From: Picochlorum sp. SENEW3
Taxonomy: Eukaryota
DNA length: 64,000 bases
Reading direction: 5' to 3'
Assembly: GCA_034226945.1 (NCBI GenBank)
Contig: CP120457.1
Location: 558,001 to 622,000 of the forward strand
The first letter of the stretch is position 1. Each line of letters begins with the position of its first letter. Positions 23,902 to 37,100 of this stretch are shown one piece after another. The notes under the pieces were generated by a model. The model was not told where the DNA came from and searched no databases. It saw only the letters and a program-made list of their open reading frames with translations. The position numbers and the translations under genes were made by a program.

Positions 23902-25994
23902 ATGACGACCATTCTGGAGGAGCGTAGCCAAGGTTTGTCTCAACCAGCCGGCCCAACACAGAGGCATGGAAGCCCAACCAGAGGATCCAACAAAAAGCAC
24001 CGCCGGGTAGGTTCTATACATGAATATATATGCTCATAAATCATCATCGCGTTTGAATATGAGCGCTTGACGCGTTCTCGGCGTGTCGACCGAAATCGCG
24101 TTTTGATTACTGTACGTGCGTGGCTCTGCAGGGACACTTGCTCAAAGATCAGCTCGAGTTGGTGAAGATTAAGAGTTCAGATGGGTCGTCGAGGTATTCG
24201 ATCAAGCCGCTGCCTTCAGAGGTGCCATTTGATAAAGGACTGTTTGTCTTTGTGAGGGCAGTGCAGCTGCTGACGTCAAAGAACAAGGATACCATTGTTG
24301 TTGGTTTGGCAGGTCCTTCTGGATCCGGAAAGACTGCGTTTGCAAAGAAGATTCGGAATCTGGTGCCCGGGTGCACGCTCTTATCGATGGATAATTACAA
24401 TGATGGGAGCAAAGTGATTGATGGCAACTTTGATGATCCCCGGATTACTGATTACGACACGTTGATGCATAATTTGGCGGAGTTGAAGGAAGGAAAGTCT
24501 ACAAAAGTTCCAGTGTATGATTTTAAACAAAGCTGCCGCGTCGGGTATGAGACTGTTGATGTGCCAGAGAGCCGCGTCGTGATTTTGGAAGGTATTTACG
24601 CATTGTCTCACAGAATCAGTCCATTGCTGGATTTGAAAGTGTCTATAACAGGAGGTGTTCACTTTGATTTGGTGAAGCGGGTGTTGAGGGATATTGATCG
24701 ATCTGGGCAAGCTCCCGAGGAGATCATTCAGCAAGTATCTGATACTGTGTATCCCATGTACAAGGCATTCATTGAACCGGATTTGAAGACGGCGCATCTG
24801 AGGATATACAACCCTTTCAATCCATTCTCAGGATTCATGAGTCCTACGTATATTTTGAAATCGAGAAAGCAGTTGGATATCGAGTCTCTGAGAGAGTCTC
24901 TTGGGCTTGAAGAATCAAAGAAGCAGGAGACAGAGACCTATGATATCTACTTGGTCCCTCCGGGTGAGGATGCCGAGACGTGTCAAAGTTGGTTGAGAAT
25001 GAGAAATAGAGATGGTCGTTATAATTTGATGTTCGAGGAGTGGGTTGTTGAGGACAAATTTATCATTTCCCCTCGAGTCACATTTGAGGTGCCAGTGAGG
25101 ATTCTAGGAGGGTTGATGGCATTGGGATATGAAATTGGAACGATTATGCAGAGGACGTCAGAGTCATATTTTACAAATGATGGGAAAATTATGATCAAGG
25201 TTGACCACATTCTTGGCGTGGATCGGCATTTTGTGCAGATTCAAGGAAAGGATAGAAACAAGGTTGCAGAAATGGGCACTGCATTGGGTCTTGATGGGAC
25301 ATATTATCCTCACTCGTATATTGAGATTATACAACTGGAAAATCTAACCCAAGAATTCCTGACAGTGTCTGAGGATTTGAAGAGACGGTTCGCTGTCAAT
25401 GGTGAGCCCCTGACTGATGAGCTTGTTGGATCTCTGTCAAAAGGATCATCTCCTTTGATTAGTGGTTCGTCATTTTTGGGGGGCTCGTATACGAAGACGA
25501 CAGGATTTCATGTATCGAGTCCTCCTATGAATCTCGTATCGTCTTCCGCGCCTATTCGTGCAACAAATCCCATTTCTGCCGCAAGTCATGGATCGTCTCG
25601 ACAGGGCTTGTTGACTCAGAAAATGACGGGTGTGTCCGGGATTAGTCTGGACAGTGGTGGAGGTGGAAATCACAGCACACCCGATAAAAATATACATATA
25701 GAAAATGGTGTTCATCATCGCAGATCTCCGTCTACTCAAGGTAGTGGCGGAAGCAGTGCTGGCACAACACGGCCAAATTCACCTCACAGTGTTGATGTTC
25801 AGTTGAAAAAGTTGCTTCAGAGTCAAGCAGTGTTGACGTCCCAAATAGAGGATCTGACCATGCAACTCCGCATGGTACAAGGAACTGATATTGCGAAAGA
25901 TGATGGCGATGAACGTCGATTGAGCGCAACAACTGCTGCGGCTGTGGGCGTGACCTGTGGTTTGTTATTGTCACTCTTCTTCCTCAGGAAATAA
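23902..25994 (+). CDS. TTM: Uridine-kinase/CYTH-domain triphosphate tunnel metalloenzyme (TTM1/2-like), tail-anchored, 2 exons
   Basis: P-loop GLAGPSGSGKT, DGNFDDPR, CYTH-type ETYDIYL and LRMRNRDG, and a C-terminal TM. Exon 1 is 23902-24006; intron 24007-24131 joins in frame. Confidence 0.9.
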
Positions 25995-26048
25995 AATTGT
26001 CGTAGAAAATCTAGCATTTTTTTCAATATTGATATAATGTCGATGTTA

Positions 26049-27868
26049 TTATTCTGTAACCATATCTCCCTCAAATCTGACAAATACTGGTGAGGGTTTG
26101 CTGATTGCATGCCCCTTGGCAAGGTGCCCATTTCCCCATGTGGCATCACTCCAATGCAATGCATCCCATGCCTCATCCCCGATACCCAACTGCTCATAGA
26201 TTCTCTTGCTAAGTGAAGGTGTGACTGGCAATAAAAGGACGGAAACAATTCTAACAGCTTCAAGCACGGCAACGAGGGCAGCTTTGGCATGCTCCTTCTC
26301 CTCATCAGTGCCTTTTTTCAGTGCTGTCCAAGGTGCAACCTCTTCCATATACTGATTTCCTTTTCCGCTAATAACAAGCGCTGCCGTGCACGCATCATGA
26401 AATTTCATATCCTGGAAGTTTCGTTCTACAATGGGAACCTGATCGATCACAGTCTGTCGCAGAACGTGATCCTGTGGGATATCTGCTGGCGACAGTGGTA
26501 ACGCTGCATCACAATTCTTTTTCAACAAATTCAAAGTCCTATTCAGCAGATTCCCGACGTCATTCGCAAGATTCGCATTCACTATATTTCTAAATCGTTC
26601 TTCTGAAAAATCACCGTCACCTCCAAACGCCACTTCTCTCATAAAATAGTATCTGACAGCATCCGCTCCATACGTGTCCACAAGGGCAACAGGATCCAAA
26701 ACATTGCCAAGGCTCTTTCCCATTTTTAAACCATCCTTGGTCAAAAACCCGTGACCAAACACTTTATCTGGTAGTTTCATACCCGCTGACAAGAGCATAC
26801 CAGGCCAATAAACCGCATGGAATCGCAAAATATCTTTTCCAATAATGTGAACAGATGCTGGCCACCCTCGCGCTTCCAAGTCCTCAGTACTTGCCTTTTC
26901 AGCATCCTCCAGATCAGCGTCATCGTATAATGCTGACAGATATCCATTAAGAGCATCAAACCATACATAGATTGTTTGAGAGGGGTCTTTGGAAATAGGA
27001 ATGCCCCATGGCACAGATGCCCTTGAGATTGAAAAGTCCCTCAACCCATCCTTCACCCATCCCAGCACTTCATTCCTCCGTGACGATGGGGAGACAAACT
27101 CGGGATTGTCCTCCAACAATGTCTCGATTTCTTTCTGATATTTGGACAATTTGAAAAAATAGTTTTCCTCTTCTCGTTCCTCACACGGCTTTTGGTGCAC
27201 TGGACAGTTGTGCTCTGCATCCATGTCAGACTCATCCTTGTACTCTTCACACCCAACACAGTACCAACCCTTGTAGTTCGCTTTATAAATATCCCCATTG
27301 TCCCACACCCTGTTTAATATGGTCTGAACTAGCTTCTCATGCTTCGGTGCAGTCGTTCGAATAAACGAATCGTATGAAATATCCAGTTTCTCCCACAAGG
27401 ACTGATACTGAGCAGCCAACTGGTCACAATGCTGAATCGGTTCCAACCCCTGACTACTTGCTGCCAGTGCAATCTTCTCCCCATGCTCATCAGTTCCAGT
27501 GACGAACTTGACATCGGATCCATGAAGGCGGTAAAATCGAGCCAAAACATCCGCTGCAATAGTGGGATATGCGCTCCCCATGTGTGGTGCTGCAAAGTTG
27601 ATCGTCACAAACGTCGTTAAAAATAGCACATTGTCCTCCAATGTGGTCTAATTGTGTTATAAATTGTCAATTATTGATAGAACGCACATGCATTGACGTA
27701 ATACAGAGGAGTGGTCACTGTAAAGTGGGCTGGAATTTCCTTTGGCTCTGCACGAGCCCTGCCCTTTGCCATCGCATGCCGTGTAGACCTTCTAATAGAC
27801 TGATTGTGTCGAATGAATTGGCACATTTGCCCTAAACATGGTCGTTTGATCTCACAAAACGCCCTCAT
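26049..27868 (-). CDS. MetRS: Methionyl-tRNA synthetase (organellar type), 2 exons
   Basis: Spliced sequence TTPLYYVNA-SPHMGSAY (HIGH-like), plus GTDEHG, IYVWFDAL, IGKDILRFH and KMGKS. Confidence 0.93.
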
Positions 27869-28107
27869 CGTTGTCTCTAGGCAACAGGACTGTGGCAGCT
27901 CAAGTTTTCTGTCCAGGCACGGGAATACTGTTGAATGAATGTCCACCAATGCTTTGAGATGAAAAATAAATAAAAAATTTGCCACTGGCGCGATCAGTCT
28001 GAGGCAATAAGCTCAGACATGGGATGGGTGGAGGGATCCACCCACATGATGATGGTATGTGTGTTACAAAAGTTGTACGTCAAATAAAATGCATTATGCA
28101 CAGTCAA

Positions 28108-31100
28108 TTAGTTTATTTCTTCTATTTTGGTCTTTGGAGAAATATACGGGCGGCTGAGTACTGTCAAATCCTTTACAACAGGAGTGACAAACTTTTGGCC
28201 ACCTTCATCAAGAGAACGGCCTGCCTGGACTGCTTGCTGGACTTTTGTCAAGCGGAGCACTGTCCTGTCAAAAAGAGATCTGTTCTCGCATCGAAGAGCT
28301 TTCCTCATTTGTACTGGCCACACTCCGAAAATCTTTAAATCGTATTTTCGGACGTGGATGATGCCAATCTTCCTGCTCTCAGGATCACCCTGAATGTTTT
28401 GAATTTCTGATGAAGGAATCACCCATTTTGTCTTGTACACTGAGTGATCAACGTGATGCCTTGCTTTTAGATATGCAACGTGGTTGCTAGTGATCAAGAT
28501 GACTCGATTTGGGCGGACATTCATCACTTCCTTCACCTGTTCTCCTACCATTTCTGGGAAGAAGTCAAGGAGGACTCTCTGCCAAGCTGCTTTTAGAGCC
28601 ACTGCTGGGGATTCTTCTCCTTCGAGATACTCCACTCCTTCCATTGTTTCTTCAAGGAACGCGCCAGGAGCTCTGACTCTCTGCAGTGTTTTTCCTACAA
28701 TGCCCTCTCTGCCAAGGCTTGTCATCGCAATGGCCCCTGTAAAATCTGAAGTTGCCTCAAATATACCGACGAGGGGTCTCACAGGAACCCCAACTGTTCC
28801 TTTGACGAATCCGATGACAAGGCCAGGTAAATTTCCTGAATGCCACCCGGCGATTGGATCGTATAAGAATCCCTGTGCAGCTGATGAAAAGCCAAAGACC
28901 ACCTCATGAGGAATCTTTGCCAAAGCTTCAATGGCATTGGAAGGTCTTTTGACAAGTCTCCTCACTGTATCATCGTCACCATGAATACGAGATGGGGGTA
29001 TAACTGCCATTCCAGCAGCAATCATTCGTGAAAATCCGGACAGGAGCATTGATACAGTCATCAAAGGGACATACGCTAGTTGCTGCAGCACGCCAATTGG
29101 TCCAGCTCGTCCCATTGAAACTTCATGGAGCAACACCACGGTAGATCCGCTTGCCCATAGGACAGCTAGTGGTACAGATGCAACTGCAGGCCCTGCTCCA
29201 CCAAGAACTTTGTGCGCTTCTTTCAAGATTTCTCGTGTGTAGTGGCGAGAAAGATTGTTCACAAGTGCTTTCTGGGACAAAAATCCGTTGGACGTACGCT
29301 TTCCTTTGAAGGATGGGTCATTGCCAATCATCCACTTTCCTAAAGAAATTTGGACATTTGATACATTCACAAGCTGATATCCAGAAGCATCAAGGGCTTG
29401 GCTGACTTCATCAGATGCTTCTGAGGCGCCAAAGCTTTGACCTGCTGAAAGCACACGCGATGACAGAGAAATTGATACGTTGATCGTGACTTTGCCAACT
29501 TCTGCACTTTCAATGAAGAACCATGATGATAAATCTGATTGTCCACGCAGCGCAACCAGATCTTGGCTCTCTTTCTGTTGCAGCCAATATGTGGCTGGGT
29601 CACTGTTGAGAGATACTGTTGATCCATCATCACTAGTTCCTCTGGTGTGGCTAGGTGCTACCTGAGCATTAATAGCAAGAGCTTCAACTTCTCTGGGACC
29701 AAATTGTGCTGTGAGAAGTCGATATTGCTGATCCTTCCAGGCATCATCTTGCCAGATATCAGATGTTGGAAGGGAAGAGATGAAAGAAAGAAGAGATTCC
29801 ATGAACACTTCGTCCGTTTGAAGATGAAGTGGGTCAATGTTAAGCTTGAATTTCTTGAAAGACCGGATGTCAGCGCTTTTCTTCATCGCGGAATTCGAGT
29901 TTGACATTCTCCCCACAACCTTTGGACATCCCTCTACAGTACTAAGACTTTTGTCTGCATTTTCCACTGATACCTTTGCCCCGAAGCTTTGGACAAGCGA
30001 AAATTGAATAAGCGGTCTCTCTTCTGCGGTAGGTCTTAAACCAACATCTGGGGCCAGTACAACAGGCTCACCAGCATTGAGCGTCTGATTATCCAATTGT
30101 AACCTGTTAATGGATCCAGATATTGTCTGCTCCAGCGCTGTTATGCAACCATCGACTTTCAAACGCTCCACAGTGAAATTAAATAATTCGTCTTGTAATC
30201 CGCCCACGACGAGCATCCCGGCACCTGCCAAGTCCATTTCAAATTCAGCCCGGCTTCCTGGTTCAACTTTTTTCTGCCACTGTAGTCTCAGAAATACTTG
30301 AAGATCTGGTACAGAATGATCATTCATAGTATTGATCCGTTTCAAGCTTTTCTTGGCTGACGAGTAGATGGGGACCCAGATATATGTGGGGCGATCACCC
30401 TTTAGATTGCTGGCATGAACTACGCCTTGCCCAAGACTTATTGCCCGGCGTCTGATACCTGTCCGCTGATCAGCCAAGCACACCGTAATCTCCGCGTTAC
30501 TTGGATCTACTCCCCTAAATATGTGTCTTTCATTCGCAGGCCATCGAGGATTCAATGTATGGCTTGCCATGGTGGTGGAGTAACTGGGGTATCCTGGAAG
30601 CTTAATTGTCACAACAGGATTGGGAAGCTCGTTGTCTGAAAGTGCCACAACAACACCACTACGCGGGTTAAGCCCCCTGGCTTCAAGCACTGTCACCACT
30701 AAGTGTCGTTGTTTGTGATCCTGAGAATGGCGATTCAAGACGTCGATTGACTTCTCACTTGGGTGGAAAACTATTGTGCTGAAGTTATCTTCACCCCTCA
30801 CCCTGAACATCTCAAGGCCAATGGTTGGCATGACTAATCTATTCTTGCCTTGGGTATCTTCTTCCCCGTCAATTTCAGCAAATGTTTCTGGGTTTGGCTT
30901 ACCCCATGTCAGTGACTCTATTGATTGGACAGGCTGCAGAGCTGCCAAAATCTCCCGTCTCTGTGCCAGAACGTTTTCAAGTGCCAGGAGTTTAATGCTC
31001 ATCAAACCTCTGGTCGTCACATCCCAGTGGAATCTAAGCTGTATTTTTCCTTGTATATCGTCATTGGCTGTTCTTCTCATAAGCGGGTACCAGAGAGGAG

Positions 31101-34100
31101 TCATTGCAGGCACATCCAATGTTTCTGAGAGTGGAATCTCTGCCCTGCCGAGGAATCGACAAGTCTTGATAACCTCTGCAAACAACAACATGGCGTGCAT
31201 CATATGACACTGCAGTCAAGAAATTCATACTGACAAATCAAAACAACCGCACCTGAGGGATTCAATGACAGGGCCTTCATCTGCTTCGTTGACCGTGTTC
31301 CACCAAGATCCCATATCTCAACCACCAGTTCACTTGCGACACAAACATCTTTAAAAATCACCTGTTCGTCCCATATTGGATCGACAGATTGCCAAACAAC
31401 TGAGGTCTGTTTCGCGCGCATATCGCCATCTGGTGGAGGTATTGCATCCCTGACTCTCACCCTGGAAAAAGCATGTGTGTTTCTTTGGGAGCCCATGAGG
31501 TGTTGGGCTTGCACGACGGTGATATTCAAATCTCCCCCGACCAAAAGGTTTGCATCTCCAACTATGAGCGACTTCAGTATTTCCTGTCGCTGATTGATAT
31601 TTATTTTAGTAGAACTTGCTTGGAACGTGGCCTGTCTTCGAGACATTCCTTGTACAGAGCTAGCATGGCCAACATGTCCCCAATCGCGACTCTCTTTTGT
31701 TGCACTTGTTGAGAATGGTGACGTATCCTTTCGTTCAGTCTCGTAATGCTCTGAACTCAACTCTGAATTTTGCATGGAGTGCACTGTACCGAATGACTTT
31801 GATGTGGGCATTGTTCCTTCTTCAAACCTGACAACTCCACTGATTTGTTGCTGAGGAGTGATGTTTCTTGATGAGGATGGAAGGTGGGAATCTGTGTCAT
31901 TCTCGCTGATTTCTACATCACTTTCTGCACGACTAGCTCCAGACTGCCCCAGTATTTGTCTGGAAGCTTGCTTCACGAGCATGCGGGTGGACTCTGGCAC
32001 AGGTAACTTCCTCGAAGATTTGGAAACAACGTTCTGATTTGGCTCCTCTGCTCTTTTTACTGCCTTTGGAAAACGGCCGTACAGATCAAGCGCTGCAAAA
32101 TAGTGACTTGTCTGCATTCCACTCAATCTTGCAAATTGCAGATTGACATCTCTCAAATGATTTTCCACTTGTTTAAGCCGGAATGCAAGGTCAAGGACAA
32201 CATGCTTATGCTCAGAAGACGAAACGTTTTTCTCATCACTAAATTGAAGCACCCTGGTTGGGCCATCTGCGTAGACGGTAACGTAGACTCTCTTTGAGAA
32301 TTCAACTGCAAGAAGCGAAACAAGTTTCTTTTTCAAATCTTCTGGGAAATCAGTCGATAGTGACCGGTATAACTTCTTTGTTTGATCATCCTTTTTGTCA
32401 CCTTCTTGAGTTGGGAGAAGTAACGTTGCAGCCTCTCCCAGGTGATCCAGGGAATAATCTGCAACCCGACTCTCCTGGCGGCCACTGACTTTTGCCTGCA
32501 CTCGGAGTTTGGTCAGCATGGTCGGCTCATCCCAGGCATATGGCATGATCTCACAAGGTTTCAAGCTGTCTACATATTGGTTGCCATGTGGTCTGAATAC
32601 CAATGGCACCTGAACAAAAAACAGTTGAACGTCCTTGCACAGGTTCTCAATCCGGTATGGGGGGACCCCAGATGGACTCTTTAACGTCACCTGGACTGAA
32701 CCAGAAGATCCAACTGTAACGTTGACAGGTATATTAATATACCTTCGTACAGCAAACTTGTGCCTGACCCTAAGCCCAAAGTACCATTCAGTATCAGGTA
32801 TTGGGAATCCTCCAGACCAGTGCCAGCCTTCAGGATCTTCATCTTCCAGCCGAGGTCTCACTGCTAACTCTTTGGGAAGCTCTGTGTCATCCCAATAGAC
32901 TGCGGTTCGACTGCCTTGAGGTAGTGTCCTAGCAAATCTTCTGTGGCCCTCATACGGCTCATCACTGTCTAACAGATCAGGAGTTCCGACTTGTTTGACA
33001 TCAAGTTGTATACCAGTTTGGTTTTCAATAATATATTTTGGCTTCACGTTGACCAGTTTTGTATTTCTGAAGACAGAATTTCGTGGAGCGGCTGAAACTT
33101 CAATAGAAAACTCGAATGATCTGAATTGTATTGCTCTCCTCCCTGCAAAAGAGAATGGTGCTAAGCACATTAAGACTGCCGGACGCAAATAAAAAACAAA
33201 GGATAATTGCGCACCTTTCCTTTCCATATTGACCTCCGTCGCAGCTATTGAAATCTCCTCACTATTTCCTAAATGCTTTGCATAAGATTCGCCGTCCATC
33301 TGCATGGCGCCAATGGCGTTTTGTGTATCATTTGCATCTTCCAAGCTCACTTCGCTTACGTTTGAATCATCTTCGATCGGTGAAATCTCGGTGGACTCGT
33401 CAATATGTTCAGGCTCTTCTGATGCTGCAGTACTGCGGTTATTTAAACCTATACTTCCACGATGGTGCACAGGGCCCTTAAGCTCAATAGTCCCTTTATT
33501 TCCGACCGTCTTGATACCAATCGGCTGTGAATACTTTCTGTTCCCAATATGAGCAAGACCGAAAGACAACTCTTCCTGCTTGTTCATCAAAACAACTTTA
33601 TGTGTAGCATTATCAAAATCGTTCAAATGATTGGACGATTCTTCATTTTGATGTGAGTGAGCTCCCAATGCGTCTGTCAAAGATGTTCCTGGTGCAAAAA
33701 CTTCTACAAATTCCCATGGTAAGGAGATTCCCAAAGGATTTGGCGCAGAAGACTGGCGGTCTTTAAAGAAGAGATCTACACCAGTCCTATTGTTCAGCCA
33801 ATAAGGGGCATAAAAAGTGATGCGAGAGACACTGCCGCCATCCTTCTCATGGAGTTGGTTATGAACAAAGACATTCAAGATTGGAGGAGCCAACACAGTA
33901 TCACTTTCGATATCTTCTTGCTCTTGATCCATACTGCTGTCATCTGAGCTTGCATTGACATTTAAAGGTGGCGGTCGTAAAGACGTGTAGCCAGGTCTTT
34001 CCTGACTTTGATCTGACGAAATGTTGTAGTCCTGCAGCTCAATCTCATCTTCTATTGGATTAGGTGTCGCTGTGGGCGACTTGTCTTTTATATCACCCTC

Positions 34101-37100
34101 GGATTGCTTGTTGAGGAATAGCTTCTTCCAGGCAAATCTTTTCTTCCTTACTCCCCCATTGGTGTCAGTTTTCAGATCATGACGCGGGGGAGCTGAAGGT
34201 GGAGGCCTGGGTCGCTGAGGAATTGGCCTAGCTGATGTTGCCTTTGCCCTTCTAGCTGTTTGAGGGGGTGCTTGGCTTGTGGGATTCGTCCTCTTGTGGC
34301 TTCTCTTTCTCGTGTAAGACTTGAACTTTGCTACAGAGAGGCGAATGCCCTTGGAACTCACAGCTTTCTTAGCATCCCTTCTGAACTGGGCATGCAACGA
34401 TCGTAAATGTGAGCAGCCTTCCTTGAGTCTTTCCAAATAACGCTCGATTCCAAAAGCCTCTAAGGGGATCTCGAGTCCTACATCAAGCATCCTAAGAGGA
34501 AGAGTTTTTGCCATTTTAATAGTTCTGTCTTTTGCATCTGCTCTACCTGCGTGACAAAGGCTCCACTTGACAGTTCTCATGTTCACGTCTTCCATAGAGG
34601 TATGGACCAAAATATCCCGCCGAACATTTGCATACACAGACGCCTCTCCACCAGCAGGGATTTTGAATGCAAAATACTGGCCCTTATCGCCAGCAGAGGG
34701 AACCTGAACCGCCATACTCGCCCGGGGACTCAAAATTTCAAACAATGAATCTTCATTTTGACCATCCTGCGATTTCTGTTTATCTCCTGGATTTCCGATC
34801 TGCCAGAGTAGCACGTTCATGTCATATGGCATGGCATTATAAAATACCATAGTCGGCTGAATGGATATTGTCACTTCTAGTGGAACTGACGCTCTCTGCA
34901 ACTTTCCTGGCCCAATCACTTCAATATGCTTGAACGTCTGGAACTCAGACAAGACCCGTGATGGAACGACTTCCATTGTCACATGCAATGGCTCTTCATC
35001 AATTCCTGGAACATCTGGTGGATTGCAAACAATATATCCTTGTTGGTTGACCAAGTCTTGAACATTGATGCTTAATCGAATGACATCCCTGGTCGCTTCC
35101 TGGTAGCCATTCGGTTTGAGGAAGAGAAGTCCACCAAGTGAGGCAATCAAAGGGAGATAGGTGCCCTCACCAGGTCTCAAAGGCCCAATATCTATATCAC
35201 TAGTTGAGCTATCATCGCTTTTCTTTCCCTTAACTATTCCAGGTGGCACCAGAGAGGTGGTCGGCACATGCAGGCGGAATGTTATGGGCGTTTCAATTGA
35301 GTTTTCTACCCAAATCCCGGAGTGAATGGTGATTATCTTTGTCCTGCCCACAAGAATCACATCAACAAGTACAGGAACCGTCGTATTATCTGCTGGCGAG
35401 ATCATTGAATATTTATACTTTCCCACCACGTTAATTGGTACATCATGAATGGGCATCCAATTTCCCTCGAAGTGCAAGTTAATAACTGCACCCATTCGTT
35501 CAGTTCCAGTTGCAGCTGAATTGAAATTCAGAAGGTTTAACTTTTTGCTGGATGGCAAGACCTTCAATGTATCACTGGCTTCCGGATCAAGCCCAATAAC
35601 TGGACTTTTCTTTCCAGATTTTGATGAATCCTCACTCCAGTAGAATAGCTTGAGGCCTGACTGATTTTGAATCAAATATTTCTGAGGCGCACTAGATGCA
35701 ATTCCCTTGGCAGATACAATTTTGACGTTGCTCTGGTAATCCTCTTCGGTCAAATTATCCTGATAGCTCTGGAACTCTACATCTGGTGTAGTAAATGCAT
35801 GCATAAAAGCGAGAGCATCTCCAATGGACATCAGTGATGCAGGGTTGAAGGTCATTTCCATAATCCGCTCAGATGACAAATAGCAGTGCCTGCATCAAGA
35901 CGCAAAAGATGAGAACTCCTGGCCAGGAGTGAAATTCGGGAATGAAAAAGCAACGTACAATTTTCGATCCGAAGCATACCCCGAGCCATTGGAGTCAATA
36001 TATTCAGCCCTAACGGGCCATGGGCTCAAAAGTGGCTCCCACTTGGAGGTTCCACTATTTAGGAAGGAAGAATAGAGCACCATGGATACATGACCTACGG
36101 CATTTGGTCGACGATCGGGCAAAAGAGAAGCAGTATCAAGGGATACCTCGCCATCAGACATGCACACATGTAAAACATCAGGAGCACCAAATGTTTCTGC
36201 TTTGTCATTGCAAAGGACAACAGCAACCCTCTCAAAGAAAGTAGATATTTTCATTCCACTTGGTCTGAATACCGTGTCAATATATGCATCAGTATTAGGC
36301 TTGTCAACTGGATCCACCTGCTGGCTTTGACAAATGGTATTGAAGCTGTCAATTGCAGAATTCCAGAAACTAATATGACTGAAAGCAAGCCTGCTTGTAA
36401 ACACACCGATACGGACACTGATACTGTGCACACTTAAAGATTTGAAGCCCACATATGATAGTGACAGGCTCCTATTTCCTTTACCAAAGTAATAATCTTC
36501 CAACAAATTTTTTGTTCGAGGTGTTGCAACATCCAATGCCAGTTTTTCGACTAGTTTCCATTGATCACTAACGCTGCTGTCTACATGTCTGTCTGCAAAC
36601 TCAGATGTTTCTTTAGGATTCCTCAGTCTCTCAAAAACTTTTGTTTTGAGATAATACTCTCTCCAATGCCTTTGAATGACAATGGCTGCCTGATTGAATA
36701 CCTTCATCTCATGCCTTTCTGCTGCCTCTGGCTGTTGCATTTTAATGTCTAAAGATGCACTCATTGGTTGAACAACAGTATGGACCCTCGCCTTTGGGTC
36801 TCTGATGATCAATGCTACGTCACTGAGGTCTGACTTCATGATAATCTCACCATCACCCCCGTAAGCATAACAGAAGCGAAGAAGAGAAACATCCATTGAT
36901 AATCCTCTGTCCTCTACCGATATAGCACCCGCAGCATCTGTACTATGGATGAGCATTGTCGCAAGCATCATGTCTGCTACTTTCTCAAACTCATTCCTCT
37001 TATCCTCACTAGATGATTTCCAGAGTTCTGAAATAAGCCTCAATGCTAAGTCAGCGTCGATCACAGGAACAAACAGTTCTGTGTCAGTTATCAAAACATT